64,000 bases of DNA from Eledone cirrhosa (lineage: Eukaryota): contig OZ024741.1 in assembly GCA_964016885.1 (NCBI GenBank), positions 271,126,001-271,190,000 of the forward strand. The letters are read 5' to 3'. Below are positions 60,561 to 64,000 of this stretch, piece after piece. Both the position numbers and the translations under genes were made by a program. Numbering within the stretch: position 1 is the first letter of the stretch; the number at the start of each line of letters is the position of its first letter. The notes under the pieces were generated by a model, which saw only the letters and a program-made list of their open reading frames with translations, was not told the origin of the DNA and ran no database searches.

Positions 60561-61026
60561 ACAATATATATATATATATGGGATAACAAGTTATCGTTAT
60601 AGGTAATCCAGTTGGAGGTTGTGAGTGCTCTGCGTCGTGGATAGTTTTAACGTACGGCTTTGTTTGACTCAACAAAATGCTTCCATAGTTATGCAGCGAG
60701 TTCGCGGTAATTTTTATGCAGGTTATACTTGGAGTAATACTAGTTAAAGAAAGAAGATTAACATGGTTGGGTTGGCTGTACAATACGTAACATCAAGCGA
60801 TTAGCGAACTCTAGGCCCACATGATCAACGAAACAATTGTCGGTACTTTAAATAAAGCCCTTATTGTACAGCCAACCATGTTAATCTTCATTCTTTAACT
60901 ATATGTCTATATATATATATAACGAAGGAAATGTGGCAAGGAACCAGGTGGACCATAACGCACCAAAGTACTCAATACTTAGGGTAGTAGAGTGGGTAAT
61001 AGGAACCAGTAAGATTCTTACTGGTT

Positions 61027-61077
<51 letters not shown>

Positions 61078-61079
61078 GT

Positions 61080-61330
61080 ATGTGGTTGAAGGCTGAGAGA
61101 AAAGATTACCCAATACCGAAGTGGAGTTTTGATATTCCTTTTATTAAGACTAAATAGTGAGACTTGTTACCCTGGAGTTTCACTTGATCAGACAAATTCC
61201 TGTCTGATGACCCAGTGATAAACAGGCGAAACTCCTGGGTAGCAAGACTCACTATTTAGCCTTAATAAAATGAATATTAAAACTCTACTTCGGTATTGTG
61301 TAATTTTTTTCTCCCACCCTTCAACCACAT

Positions 61331-61331
<1 letters not shown>
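61080..61331 (+). mobile_element. Family V fold-back insert with hammerhead motif at 61201-61247
   Basis: tgt-CTGATGA-cccagtgataaacaggc-GAAA-ctcctggg-TA-gca; diverged inverted arms; related copy 57530-57878. Confidence 0.65.
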
Positions 61332-61388
<57 letters not shown>

Positions 61389-61460
61389 ATAGACGCACAC
61401 GTGTGTGTGTGTGTATATATTTTCAGGTAACTACACAGCAACTTGTTTCTTCAAAATTGT

Positions 61461-61526
<66 letters not shown>

Positions 61527-61687
61527 TTATATATATGTATATACTTATATATACAGTGAAAACCAGATGCCGACTATGTACACAAATATAATATTATATA
61601 TATATAACTATATACATATATAGTTATATATATATATATGTGTGTATAGGGAAAATTAGGTGATGAAAATGTACACAAATATAATAT

Positions 61688-61764
<77 letters not shown>

Positions 61765-62051
61765 AGAATTAAGTGATGAAAATGTACACAAATGTATATT
61801 GTATTAAAGTTTAGAACTTGACAATATCTCATAAAGGTTATGTTAAAGATTTTAGCAGAAACACACACACACCTCTCTCTCTCTCACACACACATCACAC
61901 ACATACACACACACACATACACACACATACACACACACATACACACACATTATCCAATACATGTAACTCCCTACGGTCAACATTAAACGGTTTCGATCTA
62001 TAGGTATATATGAAACTCTCTCTTTCTCTCATTCTTAATGTATACACACAA

Positions 62052-62093
<42 letters not shown>

Positions 62094-62266
62094 GTGTGTA
62101 TACATATATTTATATAAAATATTTATGTAAATATATCTATATCTATCTCCCCCAAAAATGCAACGACAAACAACCTTATTAGTTATCTCTCAATGTACAC
62201 ACACAGACACACACACATATATATATATGTCTGTGTATATATGTTATATATATATATATATAATTA

Positions 62267-62978
<712 letters not shown>

Positions 62979-62983
62979 ACTAC

Positions 62984-63049
<66 letters not shown>

Positions 63050-63173
63050 GTAGTAGTAGTAACACAACAGTTAGTTCACCATACCGAGTACAATTGTTTC
63101 ACCTTACTACTACCAAACTCGTCCCATGGACTGAGTGCTCCACTACTACGGATATTACCTTCAAGTGTTCTAC

Positions 63174-63264
<91 letters not shown>

Positions 63265-63327
63265 TATATACGCATGTGTATATATAGATGTATTCTGATT
63301 CCTAGAAACCAATCGAGGATATTTATA

Positions 63328-63503
63328 TAATTGTTTCTACTTTTGGCACAAGGCCAGTAATTACCAGTACATTACTGGTATTATATTTTATCGACCCCGT
63401 AAGGATGAAAGGCAAAGTTAACCTCCACGGGATTTGAACTCAGACCGTAAAGGGACGTAACTATGCTGGAAAGTATGGAGTCCGACTCTTTACCGATACT
63501 GCC
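63328..63503 (-). mobile_element. Meta-like tRNA SINE
   Basis: Consensus match. Confidence 0.8.
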
Positions 63504-63723
63504 GATCAGGTCCAGGTTTGTCTTTAACCTGATTGTATTTTCGTGGTTGTAGTATCAATGTGGCAACCCCTAGGTCACACCCCTAGCGTATTGTTATTAC
63601 TCTGAGTTATAATTTATCGATTTATCGATATCACCTCATTGAGTGCTTCGTGCCAGCCTCAGAAGATTGATTTCGAAACTGCTAATCGCAACTGCAACTT
63701 CGATATTACTCACCATTATTATT

Positions 63724-64000
63724 ATATCGAACAGCTGTTTTCGCGTGTAGAAAGGATTCGGTTTTCGGCCGTGTCCATAGTGAAGATCGACCCGCAGCCT
63801 TCTGTCTGGTGGCAGCTGCGAAAGAGGTTGTATGGTGGACCAGGTTTAAAGGACTGAAGACAGATACTTTTCTCTTCGGCCAATCCCTTATCAACTTCTT
63901 CAAGTTTCACCTGGAAAGGAAGGTGAGGGTGGAGAGAGAAGTGCTGCCCCCCAGTACATTTGCTGAAGGGTGGGTGAATGTAGCGAGAATGGTCCCTGTG
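63724..64000 (+). mobile_element. Tx1/L1-like 3' fragment running off the window end
   Basis: Homologous to 15051-15390 minus and 37600-37880 (KRKVRVERE...WVNVARM); preceded by a short (ATT)n. Confidence 0.7.

Overview
AT-rich, microsatellite-saturated animal genomic DNA; the SINE families and repeat landscape are most consistent with an octopod cephalopod (inference). The only host gene I can support is the first coding exon of a TCF21/musculin (MyoR/capsulin)-family bHLH gene (7853-8146, minus); its second exon was not found in the window. The rest is mobile DNA: (i) a stack of six non-LTR retrotransposon copies separated by (TAA)n (two R4/Dong-clade families and one Tx1-like); (ii) a Penelope-like element with an uninterrupted RT + GIY-YIG frame, Naiad-type features, an in-frame Asn-rich insert and a hammerhead-like motif, inserted in (TA)n; (iii) a decayed Tx1/L1-like element; (iv) RTE, CR1 and CRE 3' remnants; (v) six copies of a ~610-bp non-autonomous RTE derivative; (vi) about 20 tRNA-derived SINEs; (vii) three non-autonomous Helitrons; (viii) a 62-bp higher-order satellite. 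There is also a 200-N gap. The most striking unannotated signal is a field of more than 15 short inserts in (TA)n. Many have variable-length inverted duplications, several carry minimal type I hammerhead ribozymes (some with a conserved stem II C.C mismatch), and many share a YGAGTRC-like motif 40-80 nt from the 3' end. One of them shares its 3' terminus with the intact Penelope-like element. All alignments and folds were done by eye; coordinates of decayed elements are approximate.
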